Source: Mobula hypostoma
Lineage: Eukaryota
Reading direction: 5' to 3'
Assembly (NCBI RefSeq): GCF_963921235.1
Contig: NC_086108.1
Span: 117,182,001 to 117,246,000 of the forward strand
DNA: 64,000 nt
The translations under genes and the position numbers were made by a program. Below, piece after piece: positions 11,401-25,830 of the stretch. The notes under the pieces were generated by a model, which worked only from the letters and a program-made list of their open reading frames with translations, was not told where the DNA came from and searched no databases. Position 1 is the first letter of the stretch. Each line of letters begins with the position of its first letter.

Positions 11401-14400
11401 AGTGGACAGGTGGACACGGTGTCAGTGAACCACAGAGTGGACAGGTGGACACGGTGTCAATGAACCACATAGTGGACAGGTGGACACGGTGTCAGTGAAC
11501 CACAGAGTGGACAGGTGGACACAGTGTCAGTAAACCACAGAGTAGACAGGTGGACGGGGTGTCAGTGAACCACAGAGTGGACAGGTGGACACGGTGTCAG
11601 TGAACCACAGAGTGGACAGGTGGACACGGTGTCAGTGAACCACAGAGTGGACAGGTGGACACGGTGACAGTGAAGCACAGAGTGGACAGGTGGACGGGTT
11701 GACAGTGAACCACAGAGTGGACAGGTGGACACGGTGTCAGTGAACCACAGAGTGGACAGGTGGACGGGGTGTCAGTGAACCACAGAGTGGACAGGTGGAC
11801 ACGGTGTTTGTTAACCACAGAGTGGACAGGTGGACACTGTGATAGTGAACCACAGAGTGGACAGGTGGACACCGTGTCAGTGAACCACAGAGTGGACAGG
11901 TGGACACGGTGATAGTGAACCACAGAGTGGACAGGTGGACACCATGTCAGTGAACCACAGAGTGGACAGGTGGACACGGTGTCAGTGAACCACAGAGTGG
12001 ACAGGTGGACACGGTGACAGTGAAGCACAGAGTGGACAGGTGGACGGGTTGACAGTGAACCACAGAGTGGACAGGTGGACACGGTGACAGTGAACCACAG
12101 AGTAGACAGCTGGACACGGTGTCAGTGAACCACAGAGTGGACAGGTGGACACGGTGTCAATGAACCACATAGTGGACAGGTGGACACGGTGTCAGTGAAG
12201 CACAGAGTGGACAGGTGGACACGGTGTCAGTAAACCACAGAGTAGACAGGTGGACGGGGAGTCAGTGAACCACAGAGTGGACAGGTGGACGGGGTGTCAG
12301 TGAACCACGGAGTGGACAGGTGGACGGGGTGTCAGTGAACCAAAGAGTGGACAGGTGGACACGGTGTCAGTGAACCACAGAGTGGACAGGTGGACACGGA
12401 GTCAGTGAACCACATAGTGGACAGGTGGACACGGTGTCAGTGAACCACATAGTGGACAGGTGGACACGGTGTCAGTGAACCACAGAGTGGACAGGTGGAC
12501 GGGGTGTCAGTGAACCACAGAGTGGACAGGTGGACGGGGTGTCAGTGAACCACAGAGTGGACAGGTGGACGGGGTGTCAGTGAACCACAGAGTGGACAGG
12601 TGCACGGGGTGTCAGTGAACCACAGAGTGGACAGGTGGACACGGTGTCAGTGAACCACAGAGTGGACAGGTGGACGGGTTGACAGTGAACCACAGAGTGG
12701 ACAGGTGGACACGGTGTCAGTGAACCACAGAGTGGACAGGTGGACGGGGTGTCAGTGAACCACAGAGTGGACAGGTGGACACGGTGTTTGTTAACCACAG
12801 AGTGGACAGGTGGACACGGTGATAGTGAACCACAGAGTGGACAGGTGGACACCGTGTCAGTGAACCACAGAGTGGACAGGTGGACACGGTGATAGTGAAC
12901 CACAGAGTGGACAGGTGGACACCGTGTCAGTGAACCACAGAGTGGACAGGTGGACACGGTGTCAGTTAACCACAGAGTGGACAGGTGGACACGGTGACAG
13001 TGAAGCACAGAGTGGACAGGTGGACGGGTTGACAGTGAACCACAGAGTGGACAGGTGGACACGGTGACAGTGAACCACAGAGTAGACAGCTGGACACGGT
13101 GTCAGTGAAACACAGAGTGGACAGGTGGACACGGTGTCAGTGAACCACAGAGTGGACAGGTGGACAGGGTGTCAGTGAACCACAGAGTGGACAGGTGGAC
13201 ACGGTGTCAGTGAACCGCAGAGTGGACAGTTGGACGGGGTGTCAGAGTACCACAGCGTGGACAGGTGGACACGGTGTCAGTGAACCACAGAGTGGACAGG
13301 TGAACGGGGTGTCAGTGAACCACAGAGTGGACAGGTGGACACGGTGTCAGTGAACCACAGAGTGGACAGGTGGACACGGTGACAGTGAACCACAGAGTAG
13401 ACAGGTGAACGGGGTGTCAGTGAAACACAGAGTGGACAGGTGGACACGGTGTCAGTGAACCACAGAGTGGACAGGTGGACACGGTGACAGTGAACCACAG
13501 AGTACACAGCTGGACACGGTGTCAGTGAAACACAGAGTGGACAGGTGGACACGGTGTCAGAGTACCACAGCGTGGACAGGTGGACACGGTGTCAGTGAAC
13601 CACATAGTGGACAGTTGGACGGGGTGTCAGTGAACCACATAGTGGACAGGTGGACGGGGTGCCAGTGAACCACAGAGTGCACAGGTGGACACGGTGACAG
13701 TGAACCACAGAGTGGACAGGTGGACACGGTGTCAGTGAACCACATAGTGGACAGGTGGACACGGTGTCAGTAAACCACAGAGTTGACAGGTGGACGGGGT
13801 GTCAGTGAACCACAGAGTGGACAGCTGGACACGGTGTTTGTTAACCACAGAGTGGACAGGTGGACACGGTGATAGTGAACCACAGAGTGGACAGGTGGAC
13901 ACGGTGACAGTGAAGCACAGAGTGGACAGGTGGACGGGTTGACAGTGAACCACAGAGTGGACAGGTGGACACGGTGACAGTGAACCACAGAGTGGACAGG
14001 TGGACACGGTGTCAGTGAACCACATAGTGGACAGCTGGACACGGTGTCAGTGAACCACAGAGTGGACAGGTGGACACGGTGTCAATGAACCACATAGTGG
14101 ACAGGTGGACACGGTGTCAGTGAAGCACAGAGTAGACAGGTGGACGAGTTGACAGTGAACCACAGAGTGGACAGGTGGACACGGTGTCAGTGAACCACAG
14201 AGTGGACAGGTGGACGGGATGTCAGTGAACCACAGAGTCGACAGGTGGACACGGTGTTTGTTAACCACAGAGTGGACAGGTGGACACGGTGATAGTGAAC
14301 CACAGAGTGGACAGGTGGACACCGTGTCAGTGAACCACAGAGTGGACAGGTGGACACGGTGATAGTGAACCACAGAGTGGACAGGTGGACACCGTGTCAG

Positions 14401-17400
14401 TGAACCACAGAGTGGACAGGTGGACACGGTGTCAGTGAACCACAGAGTGGACAGGTGGACACGGTGACAGTGAAGCACAGAGTGGACAGGTGGACGGGTT
14501 GACAGTGAACCACAGAGTGGACAGGTGGACACGGTGACAGTGAACCACAGAGTAGACAGCTGGACACGGTGTCAGTGAAACACAGAGTGGACAGGTGGAC
14601 ACGGTGTCAGTGAACCACAGAGTGGACAGGTGGACACGGTGTCAGTGAACCACAGAGTGGACAGGTGGACGGGGTGTCAGTGAACCACAGAGTGGACAGG
14701 TGGACACGGTGTCAGTGAACCACAGAGTGGACAGGTGGACACGGTGACAGTGAACCACAGAGTGGACAGGTGGACACGGTGACAGTGAACCACAGAGTGG
14801 ACAGGTGGACGGGGTGTCAGTGAACCACATAGTGGACAGGTGGACGGGGTGTCAGTGAACCACAGAGTGGACAGGTGGACACGGTGTCAGTGAACCACAG
14901 AGTGGACAGGTGGACACGGTGTCAGGGAACCACAGAGTGGACAGGTGGACACGGTGTCAGTGAACCACAGAGTGGACAGGTGGACACGGTGTCAGTAAAC
15001 CACAGAGTGGACAGGTGGACGGGGTGTCAGTGAACCACAGAGTGGACAGGTGGACGGGGTGTCAGTGAACCACAGAGTGGACAGGTGGACGGGGTGTCAG
15101 TGAACCACAGAGTGGACAGGTGGACACGGTGACAGTGAAGCACAGAGTGGACAGGTGGACACGGTGTCAGTGAACCACAGAGTGGACAGGTGGACACGGT
15201 GTCAGTGAACCACAGAGTGGACAGGTGGACACGGTGACAGTGAAGCACAGAGTGGACAGGTGGACGGGTTGACAGTGAACCACAGAGTGGACAGGTGGAC
15301 ACGGTGACAGTGAACCACAGAGTGGACAGGTGGACACGGTGTCAGTGAACCACATAGTGGACAGCTGGACACGGTGTCAGTGAACCACAGAGTGGACAGG
15401 TGGACACGGTGTCAATGAACCACATAGTGGACAGGTGGACACGGTGTCAGTGAACCACAGAGTGGACAGGTGGACACAGTGTCAGTAAACCACAGAGTAG
15501 ACAGGTGGACGGGGTGTCAGTGAACCACAGAGTGGACAGGTGGACACGGTGTCAGTGAACCACAGAGTGGACAGGTGGACACGGTGTCAGTGAACCACAG
15601 AGTGGACAGGTGGACACGGTGACAGTGAAGCACAGAGTGGACAGGTGGACGGGTTGACAGTGAACCACAGAGTGGACAGGTGGACACGGTGTCAGTGAAC
15701 CACAGAGTGGACAGGTGGACGGGGTGTCAGTGAACCACAGAGTGGACAGGTGGACACGGTGTTTGTTAACCACAGAGTGGACAGGTGGACACTGTGATAG
15801 TGAACCACAGAGTGGACAGGTGGACACCGTGTCAGTGAACCACAGAGTGGACAGGTGGACACGGTGATAGTGAACCACAGAGTGGACAGGTGGACACCAT
15901 GTCAGTGAACCACAGAGTGGACAGGTGGACACGGTGTCAGTGAACCACAGAGTGGACAGGTGGACACGGTGTCAGTGAACCACAGAGTGGACAGGTGGAC
16001 GGGTTGACAGTGAACCACAGAGTGGACAGGTGGACACGGTGACAGTGAACCACAGAGTAGACAGGTGGACACGGTGTCAGTGAACCACAGAGTGGACAGG
16101 TGGACACGGTGTCAGTGAACCACATAGTGGACAGGTGGACACGGTGTCAGTGAACCACAGAGTGGACAGGTGGACACGGTGTCAGTGAACCACAGAGTGG
16201 ACAGGTGGACGGGGAGTCAGTGAACCACAGAGTGGACAGGTGGACGGGGTGTCAGTGAACCACAGAGTGGACAGGTGGACGGGGTGTCAGTGAACCACAG
16301 AGTGGACAGGTGGACGGGGTGTCAGTGAACCACAGAGTGGACAGGTGGACGGGGTGTCAGTGAACCACAGAGTGGACAGGTGGACGGGGTGTCAGTGAAC
16401 CACAGAGTGGACAGGTGCACGGGGTGTCAGTGAACCACAGAGTGGACAGGTGGACACGGTGTCAGTGAACCACAGAGTGGACAGGTGGACGGGTTGACAG
16501 TGAACCACAGAGTGGACAGGTGGACACGGTGTCAGTGAACCACAGAGTGGACAGGTGGACGGGGTGTCAGTGAACCACAGAGTGGACAGGTGGACACGGT
16601 GTTTGTTAACCACAGAGTGGACAGGTGGACACGGTGATAGTGAACCACAGAGTGGACAGGTGGACACCGTGTCAGTGAACCACAGAGTGGACAGGTGGAC
16701 ACGGTGATAGTGAACCACAGAGTGGACAGGTGGACACCGTGTCAGTGAACCACAGAGTGGACAGGTGGACACGGTGTCAGTTAACCACAGAGTGGACAGG
16801 TGGACACGGTGACAGTGAAGCACAGAGTGGACAGGTGGACGGGTTGACAGTGAACCACAGAGTGGACAGGTGGACACGGTGACAGTGAACCACAGAGTAG
16901 ACAGGTGGACACGGTGTCAGTGAAACACAGAGTGGACAGGTGGACACGGTGTCAGTGAACCACAGAGTGGACAGGTGGACAGGGTGTCAGTGAACCACAG
17001 AGTGGACAGGTGGACACGGTGTCAGTGAACCGCAGAGTGGACAGTTGGACGGGGTGTCAGAGTACCACAGCGTGGACAGGTGGACACGGTGTCAGTGAAC
17101 CACAGAGTGGACAGGTGAACGGGGTGTCAGTGAACCACAGAGTGGACAGGTGGACACGGTGTCAGTGAACCACAGAGTGGACAGGTGGACACGGTGACAG
17201 TGAACCACAGAGTAGACAGGTGAACGGGGTGTCAGTGAAACACAGAGTGGACAGGTGGACACGGTGTCAGTGAACCACAGAGTGGACAGGTGGACACGGT
17301 GACAGTGAACCACAGAGTAGACAGCTGGACACGGTGTCAGTGAAACACAGAGTGGACAGGTGGACACGGTGTCAGAGTACCACAGCGTGGACAGGTGGAC

Positions 17401-17620
17401 ACGGTGTCAGTGAACCACATAGTGGACAGTTGGACGGGGTGTCAGTGAACCACATAGTGGACAGGTGGACGGGGTGCCAGTGAACCACAGAGTGGACAGG
17501 TGGACACGGTGACAGTGAACCACAGAGTGGACAGGTGGACACGGTGTCAGTGAACCACATAGTGGACAGGTGGACACGGTGTCAGTAAACCACAGAGTTG
17601 ACAGGTGGACGGGGTGTCAT
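10100..17620 (+). repeat. Higher-order tandem duplication, period ~3.8-4.0 kb (109-115 monomers)
   Basis: ORF pairs 11072/15027, 11597/15552 and 11982/15937 are offset 3955 bp (113x35). Pairs 12577/16392, 13277/17092 and 13557/17372 are offset 3815 bp (109x35). The rare GACGAGTTGAC and GAGTCGAC markers are at ~10120-10215 and ~14145-14240. Confidence 0.85.
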
Positions 17621-20600
17621 TGAACCACAGAGTGGACAGGTGGACACGGTGTCAGTGAACCACAGAGTGGACAGGTGGACACGGTGTCAGTGAACCACAG
17701 AGTGGACAGGTGGACACGGTGACAGTGAACCACAGAGTGGACAGGTGGACGGGTTGTCAGTGAACCACAGAGTGGACAGGTGGACACGGTGACAGTGAAC
17801 CACAGAGTGGACAGGTGGACACGGTGTCAGTGAACCACAGAGTGGACAGGTGGACACGGTGTCAGTGAACCACAGAGTGGACAGGTGGACACGGTGTCAG
17901 TGAACCACAGAGTGGACAGGTGGACACGGTGTCAGTGAACCACAGAGTGGACAGGTGGACACAGTGTCAGTGAACCACAGAGTGGACAGGTAGACGGGGT
18001 GTCAGTGAACCACAGAGTGGACAGGTGGACACGGTGTCAGTGAACCACAGAGTGGACAGGTGGACACGGTGTCAGTGAACCACAGAGTGGACAGGTGGAC
18101 ACGGTGTCAGTGAACCACAGAGTGGACAGGTGGACGGGGTGACAGTGAACCACAGAGTGGACAGGTGGACACGGTGTCAGTGAACCACAGAGTGGACAGG
18201 TGGACGGGGTGTCAGTGAACCACAGAGTGGACAGGTGGACACGGTGTCAGTGAACCACAGAGTGGACAGGTGGACACTGTGATAGTGAACCACAGAGTGG
18301 ACAGGTGGACGGGGTGTCAGTGAACCACAGAGTGGACAGGTGGACACGGTGATAGTGAACCACAGAGTGGACAGGTGGACACCGTGTCAGTGAACCACAG
18401 AGTGGACAGGTGGACACGGTGTCAGTGAACCACAGAGTGGACAGGTGGACACGGTGACAGTGAACCACAGAGTGGACAGGTGGACACGGTGTCAGTGAAC
18501 CACAGAGTGGACAGGTGGACACGGTGTCAGTGAACCACAGAGTGGACAGGTGGACACGGTGTCAGTGAACCACAGAGTGGACAGGTGGACACGGTGTAAG
18601 TGAACCACAGAGTGGACAGGTGGACACGGTGTCAGTGAACCACAGAGTGGACAGGTGGACACGGTGTCAGTGAACCACAGAGTGGACAGGTGGACGGGGT
18701 GTCAGTGAACCACAGAGTGGACAGGTGGACGGGGTGTCAGTGAACCACAGAGTGGACAGGTGGACGGGGTGTCAGTGAACCACAGAGTGGACAGGTGGAC
18801 ACGGTGTCAGTGAACCACAGAGTGGACAGGTGGACACGGTGTCAGTGAACCACAGAGTGGACAGGTGGACACGGTGTCAGTGAACCACAGAGTGGACAGG
18901 TGGACACGGTGTCAGTGAACCACAGAGTGGACAGGTGGACGGGGTGTCAGTGAACCACAGAGTGGACAGGTGGACGGGGTGTCAGTGAACCACAGAGTGG
19001 ACAGGTGGACGGGGTGTCAGTGAACCACAGAGTGGACAGGTGGACGGGGTGTCAGTGAACCACAGAGTGGACAGGTGGACACGGTGTCAGTGAACCACAG
19101 AGTGGACAGGTGGACGGGTTGTCAGTGAACCACAGAGTGGACAGGTGGACACGGTGTCAGTGAACCACAGAGTGGACAGGTGGACGGGGTGTCAGTGAAC
19201 CACAGAGTGGACAGGTGGACTCGGTGTCTGTGAACCACAGAGTGGACAGGTGGACACGGTGTCAGTGAACCACAGAGTGGACAGGTGGACACGGTGTCAG
19301 TGAACCACAGAGTGGACAGGTGGACACGGTGTCAGTGAACCACAGAGTGGACAGGTGGACACGGTGTCAGTGAACCACAGAGTGGACAGGTGGACACGGT
19401 GTCAGTTAACCACAGAGTGGACAGGTGGACACGGTGACAGTGAACCACAGAGTGGACAGGTGGACACGGTGACAGTGAACCACAGAGTGGACAGGTGGAC
19501 ACGGTGTCAGTGAACCACAGAGTGGACAGGTGGACACGGTGTCAGTGAACCACAGAGTGGACAGGTGGACACGGTGTCAGTGAACCACAGAGTGGACAGG
19601 TGGACAGGGTGTCAGTGAACCACAGAGTGGACAGGTGGACACGGTGTCAGTGAACCACAGAGTGGACAGGTGGACGGGGTGTCAGAGTACCACAGCGTGG
19701 ACAGGTGGACACGGTGTCAGTGAACCACAGAGTGGACAGGTGGACGGGGTGTCAGTGAACCACAGAGTGGACAGGTGGACACGGTGTCAGTGAACCACAG
19801 AGTGGACAGGTGGACACGGTGTCAGTGAACCACAGAGTGGACAGGTGGACGGGGTGTCAGTTAAACACAGAGTGGACAGGTGGAGGTGTCAGTGAACCAC
19901 AGAGTGGACAGGTGGACAGGTGCAGTGAACCACAGAGTGGACAGACGGGGTGAGTGAACCACAGAGTGTCGACAGGTGGACAGGTGGACACGTGTCAGTG
20001 AACCACAGAGTGGACAGGTGGACACGGGGTGTAGTGAACCACACAGAGTGGACAGGTGGACGGGGTGTCAGTGAACCACAGAGTGGACAGGTGGACACCG
20101 TGTCAGTGAACCACAGAGTGGACAGGTGGACACGGTGATAGTGAACCACAGAGTGGTCAGGTGGACACCGTGTCAGTGAACCACAGAGTGGACAGGTGGA
20201 CACGGTGTCAGTGAACCACAGAGTGGACAGGTGGACACGGTGTCAGTGAACCACAGAGTGGACAGGTGGACGGGGTGTCAGTGAACCACAGAGTGGACAG
20301 GTGGACGGGGTGTCAGTGAACCACAGAGTGGACAGGTGGACACGGTGTCAGTGAACCACAGAGTGGACAGGTGGACACGGTGTCAGTGAACCACAGAGTG
20401 GACAGGTGGACACGGTGTCAGTGAACCACAGAGTGGACAGGTGGACACGGTGTCAGTGAACCACATAGTGGACAGGTGGACACGGTGTCAGTGAACCACA
20501 GAGTGGACAGGTGGACGGGGTGTCAGTGAACCACAGAGTGGACAGGTGGACACGGTGTCAGTGAACCACAGAGTGGACAGGTGGACACGGTGTCAGTGAA

Positions 20601-23600
20601 CCACAGAGTGGACAGGTGGACGGGGTGTCAGTGAACCACAGAGTGGACAGGTGGACACGGTGTCAGTGAACCACAGAGTGGACAGGTGGACGGGGTGTCA
20701 GTGAACCACAGAGTGGACAGGTGGACACGGTGTCAGTGAACCACAGAGTGGACAGGTGGACACGGTGACAGTGAACCACAGAGTGGACAGGTGGACGGGG
20801 TGTCAGTGTACCACAGAGTGGACAGGTGGACACGGTGATAGTGAACCACAGAGTGGACAGGTGGACACGGTGTCAGTGAACCACAGAGTGGACAGGTGGA
20901 CACGGTGTCAGTGAACCACAGAGTGGACAGGTGGACACGGTGTCAGTGAACCACAGAGTGGACAGGTGGACGGGGTGTCAGTGAACCACAGAGTGGACAG
21001 GTGGACACGGTGTCAGTGAACCACAGAGTGGACAGGTGGATGGTGTGTCAGTGAACCACAGAGTGGACAGGTGGACACGGTGTCAGTGAACCACAGAGTG
21101 GACAGGTGGACACGGTGTCAGTGAACCACAGAGTGGACAGGTGGACACGGTGTCAGTGAACCACAGAGTGGACAGGTGGACGGGGTGTCAGTGAACCACA
21201 GAGTGGACAGGTGGACGGGGTGTCAGTGAACCACAGAGTGGACAGGTGGACACGGTGTCAGTGAACCACAGAGTGGACAGGTGGACGGGGTGTCAGTGAA
21301 CCACAGAGTGGACAGGTGGACGGGGTGTCAGTGAACCACAGAGTGGACAGGTGGACACGGGGTGTCAGTGAACCACAGAGTGGACAGGTGGACACGGTGT
21401 CAGTGAACCACAGAGTGGACAGGTGGACACGGTGTCAGTGAACCACAGAGTGGACAGGTGGACACGGTGACAGTGAACCACAGAGTGGACAGGTGGACAC
21501 GGTGTCAGTGAACCACAGAGTGGACAGGTGGACACGGTGTCAGTGAACCACAGAGTGGACAGGTGGACGGGGTGTCAGTGAACCACAGAGTGGACAGGTG
21601 GACACGGTGTCAGTGAACCACAGAGTGGACAGGTGGACACGGTGTCAGTGAACCACAGAGTGGACAGGTGGACACCGTGTCAGTGAACCACAGAGTGGAC
21701 AGGTGGACACGGTGTCAGTGAACCACAGAGTGGACAGGTGGACACGGTGTCAGTGAACCACAGAGTGGACAGGTGGACACGTTGTCAGTGAACCACAGAG
21801 TGGACAGGTGGACACGGTGTCAGTGAACCACAGAGTGGACAGGTGGACACGGTGTCAGTGAACCACAGAGTGGACAGGTGGACACGGTGTCAGTGAACCA
21901 CAGAGTGGACAGGTGGACGGGGTTGCAGTGAACCACAGAGTGGACAGGTGGACACGGTGACAGTGAACCACAGAGTAGACAGCTGGACACGGTGTCAGTG
22001 AACCACAGAGTGGACAGGTGGACACGGTGTCAATGAACCACAGAGTGGACAGGTGGACACGGTGTCAGTGAACCACAGAGTGGACAGGTGGACACGGTGT
22101 CAGTGAACCACAGAGTGGACAGGTGGACACGGTGTCAGTGAACCACAGAGTGGACAGGTGGACACGGTGTCAGTGAACCACAGAGTGGACAGGTGGACAC
22201 CGTGTCAGTGAACCACAGAGTGGACAGGTGGACACGGTGTCAGTGAACCACAGAGTGGACAGGTGGACACGGTGACAGTGAAGCACAGAGTGGACAGGTG
22301 GACGGGTTGACAGTGAACCACAGAGTGGACAGGTGGACACGGTGTCAGTGAACCACAGAGTGGACAGGTGGACACGGTGTCAGTGAACCACAGAGTGGAC
22401 AGGTGGACACGGTGTCAGTGAACCACAGAGTGGACAGGTGGACACGGTGTCAGTGAACCACAGAGTGGACAGGTGGACACGGTGTCAGTGAACCACAGAG
22501 TGGACAGGTGGACACGGTGTCAGTGAACCACAGAGTGGACAGGTGGACGGGGTGTCAGTGAACCACAGAGTGGACAGGTGGACGGGGTGTCAGTGAACCA
22601 CAGAGTGGACAGGTGGACGGGGTGTCAGTGAACCACAGAGTGGACAGGTGGACACGTTGTCAGTGAACCACAGAGTGGACAGGTGGACACGGTGTCAGTG
22701 AACCACAGAGTGGACAGGTGGACACGGTGTCAGTGAACCACAGAGTGGACAGGTGGACACGGTGTCAGTGAACCACAGAGTGGACAGGTGGACGGGGTGT
22801 CAGTGAACCACAGAGTGGACAGGTGGACGGGGTGTCAGTGAACCACAGAGTGGACAGGTGGACACGGTGTCAGTGAACCACAGAGTGGACAGGTGGACGG
22901 GGTGTCAGTGAACCACAGAGTGGACAGGTGGACACGGTGTCAGTGAACCACAGAGTGGACAGGTGGACGGGGTGTCAGTGAACCACAGAGTGGACAGGTG
23001 GACACGGTGTTTGTGAACCACAGAGTGGACAGGTGGACACGGTGATAGTGAACCACAGAGTGGACAGGTGGACACCGTGTCAGTGAACCACAGAGTGGAC
23101 AGGTGGACACGGTGATAGTGAACCACAGAGTGGACAGGTGGACACCGTGTCAGTGAACCACAGAGTGGACAGGTGGACACGGTGTCAGTGAACCACAGAG
23201 TGGACAGGTGGACACGGTGACAGTGAAGCACAGAGTGGACAGGTGGACGGGTTGACAGTGAACCACAGAGTGGACAGGTGGACACGGTGACAGTGAACCA
23301 CAGAGTGGACAGGTGGACACGGTGTCAGTGAAACACAGAGTGGACAGGTGGACACGGTGTCAGTGAACCACAGAGTGGACAGGTGGACGGGGTGTCAGTG
23401 AACCACAGAGTGGACAGGTGGACACGGTGTCAGTGAACCGCAGAGTGGACAGGAGGACGGGGTGTCAGAGTACCACAGCGTGGACAGGTGGACACGGTGT
23501 CAGTGAACCACAGAGTGGACAGGTGAACGGGGTGTCAGTGAACCACAGAGTGGACAGGTGGACGGGGTGTCAGTGAACCACAGAGTGGACAGGTGGACGG

Positions 23601-25059
23601 GGTGTCAGTGAACCACAGAGTGGACAGGTGGACGGGGTGTCAGTGAACCACAGAGTGGACAGGTGGACACGGTGTCAGTGAACCACAGAGTGGACAGGTG
23701 GACACGGTGATAGTGAACCACAGAGTGGTCAGGTGGACACCGTGTCAGTGAACCACAGAGTGGACAGGTGGACACGGTGTCAGTGAACCACAGAGTGGAC
23801 AGGTGGACACGGGGTGTCAGTGAACCACAGAGTGGACAGGTGGACGGGGTGTCAGTGAACCACAGAGTGGACAGGTGGACGGGGTGTCAGTGAACCACAG
23901 AGTGGACAGGTGGACGGGGTGTCAGTGAACCACAGAGTGGACAGGTGGACACGGTGTCAGTGAACCACAGAGTGGACAGGTGGACACGGTGTCAGTGAAC
24001 CACAGAGTGGACAGGTGGACACGGTGTCAGTGAACCACAGAGTGGACAGGTGGACACGGTGTCAGTGAACCACAGAGTGGACAGGTGGACACGGTGTCAG
24101 TGAACCACAGAGTGGACAGGTGGACACGGTGTCAGTGAACCACAGAGTGGACAGGTGGACGGGGTGTCAGTGAACCACAGAGTGGACAGGTGGACGGGGT
24201 GTCAGTGAACCAAAGAGTGGACAGGTGGACACGGTGTCAGTGAACCACATAGTGGACAGGTGGACGGGGTGTCAGTGAACCACAGAGTGGACAGGTGGAC
24301 ACGGTGTTTGTTAACCACAGAGTGGACAGGTGGACACGGTGATAGTGAACCACAGAGTGGACAGGTGGACACCGTGTCAGTGAACCACAGACTGGACAGG
24401 TGGACACGGTGATAGTGAACCACAGAGTGGACAGGTGGACACCGTGTCAGTGAACCACAGAGTGGACAGGTGGACACGGTGTCAGTGAACCACAGAGTGG
24501 ACAGGTGGACACGGTGACAGTGAAGCACAGAGTGGACAGGTGGACGGGTTGACAGTGAACCACAGAGTGGACAGGTGGACACGGTGACAGTCAACCACAG
24601 AGTAGACAGCTGGACACGGTGTCAGTGAAACACAGAGTGGACAGGTGGACACGGTGTCAGTGAACCACAGAGTGGACAGGTGGACACGGTGTCAGTGAAC
24701 CACAGAGTGGACAGGTGGATGGGGTGTCAGTGAACCGCAGAGTGGACAGGTGGACACGGTGTCAGTGAACCGCAGAGTGGACAGGTGGACGGGGTGTCAG
24801 AGTACCACAGCGTGGACAGGTGGACACGGTGTCAGTGAACCACAGAGTGGACAGGTGGACGGGGTGTCAGTGAACCACAGAGTGGACACGTGGACGGGGT
24901 GTCAGTGAACCACAGAGTGGACAGGTGGACACGGTGTCAGTGAACCACAGAGTGGACAGGTGGACACGGTGTCAGTGAACCACAGAGTGGACAGGTGGAC
25001 ACGGTGACAGTGAAGCACAGAGTGGACAGGTGGACGGGTTGACAGTGAACCACAGAGTG

Positions 25060-25830
25060 GACAGGTGGACACGGTGTTTGTTAACCACAGAGTGGACAGG
25101 TGGACACTGTGATAGTGAACCACAGAGTGGACAGGTGGACACCGTGTCAGTGAACCACAGAGTGGACAGGTGGACACGGTGTCAGTGAACCACAGAGTGG
25201 ACAGGTGGACACGGTGTTTGTTAACCACAGAGTGGACAGGTGGACACGGTGATAGTGAACCACAGAGTGGACAGGTGGACACCGTGTCAGTGAACCACAG
25301 AGTGGACAGGTGGACACGGTGATAGTGAACCACAGAGTGGACAGGTGGACACCGTGTCAGTGAACCACAGAGTGGACGGGTGGACGGGGTGTCAGTGAAC
25401 CACAGACTGGACAGGTGGACGGGGTGTCAGTGAACCACAGAGTGGACAGGTGGACACGGTGTTTGTTAACCACAGAGTGGACAGGTGGACACTGTGATAG
25501 TGAACCACAGAGTGGACAGGTGGACACGGTGTCAGTGAACCACAGAGTGGACAGGTGGACGGGGTGTCAGTGAACCACAGAGTGGACAGGTGGACACGGT
25601 GTTTGTTAACCACAGAGTGGACAGGTGGACACGGTGATAGTGAACCACAGAGTGGACAGGTGGACACCGTGTCAGTGAACCACAGAGTGGACAGGTGGAC
25701 ACGGTGATAGTGAACCACAGAGTGGACAGGTGGACACCGTGTCAGTGAACCACAGAGTGGACGGGTGGACGGGGTGTCAGTGAACCACAGACTGGACAGG
25801 TGGACGGGGTGTCAGTGAACCACAGAGTGG
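25060..25830 (+). repeat. Tandem duplication of 11 monomers (385 bp)
   Basis: TTTGTTAACC is at 25077/25462 and 25217/25602. The GGACGGGTGG...CAGACTGG marker is at ~25375 and ~25760. Confidence 0.85.
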
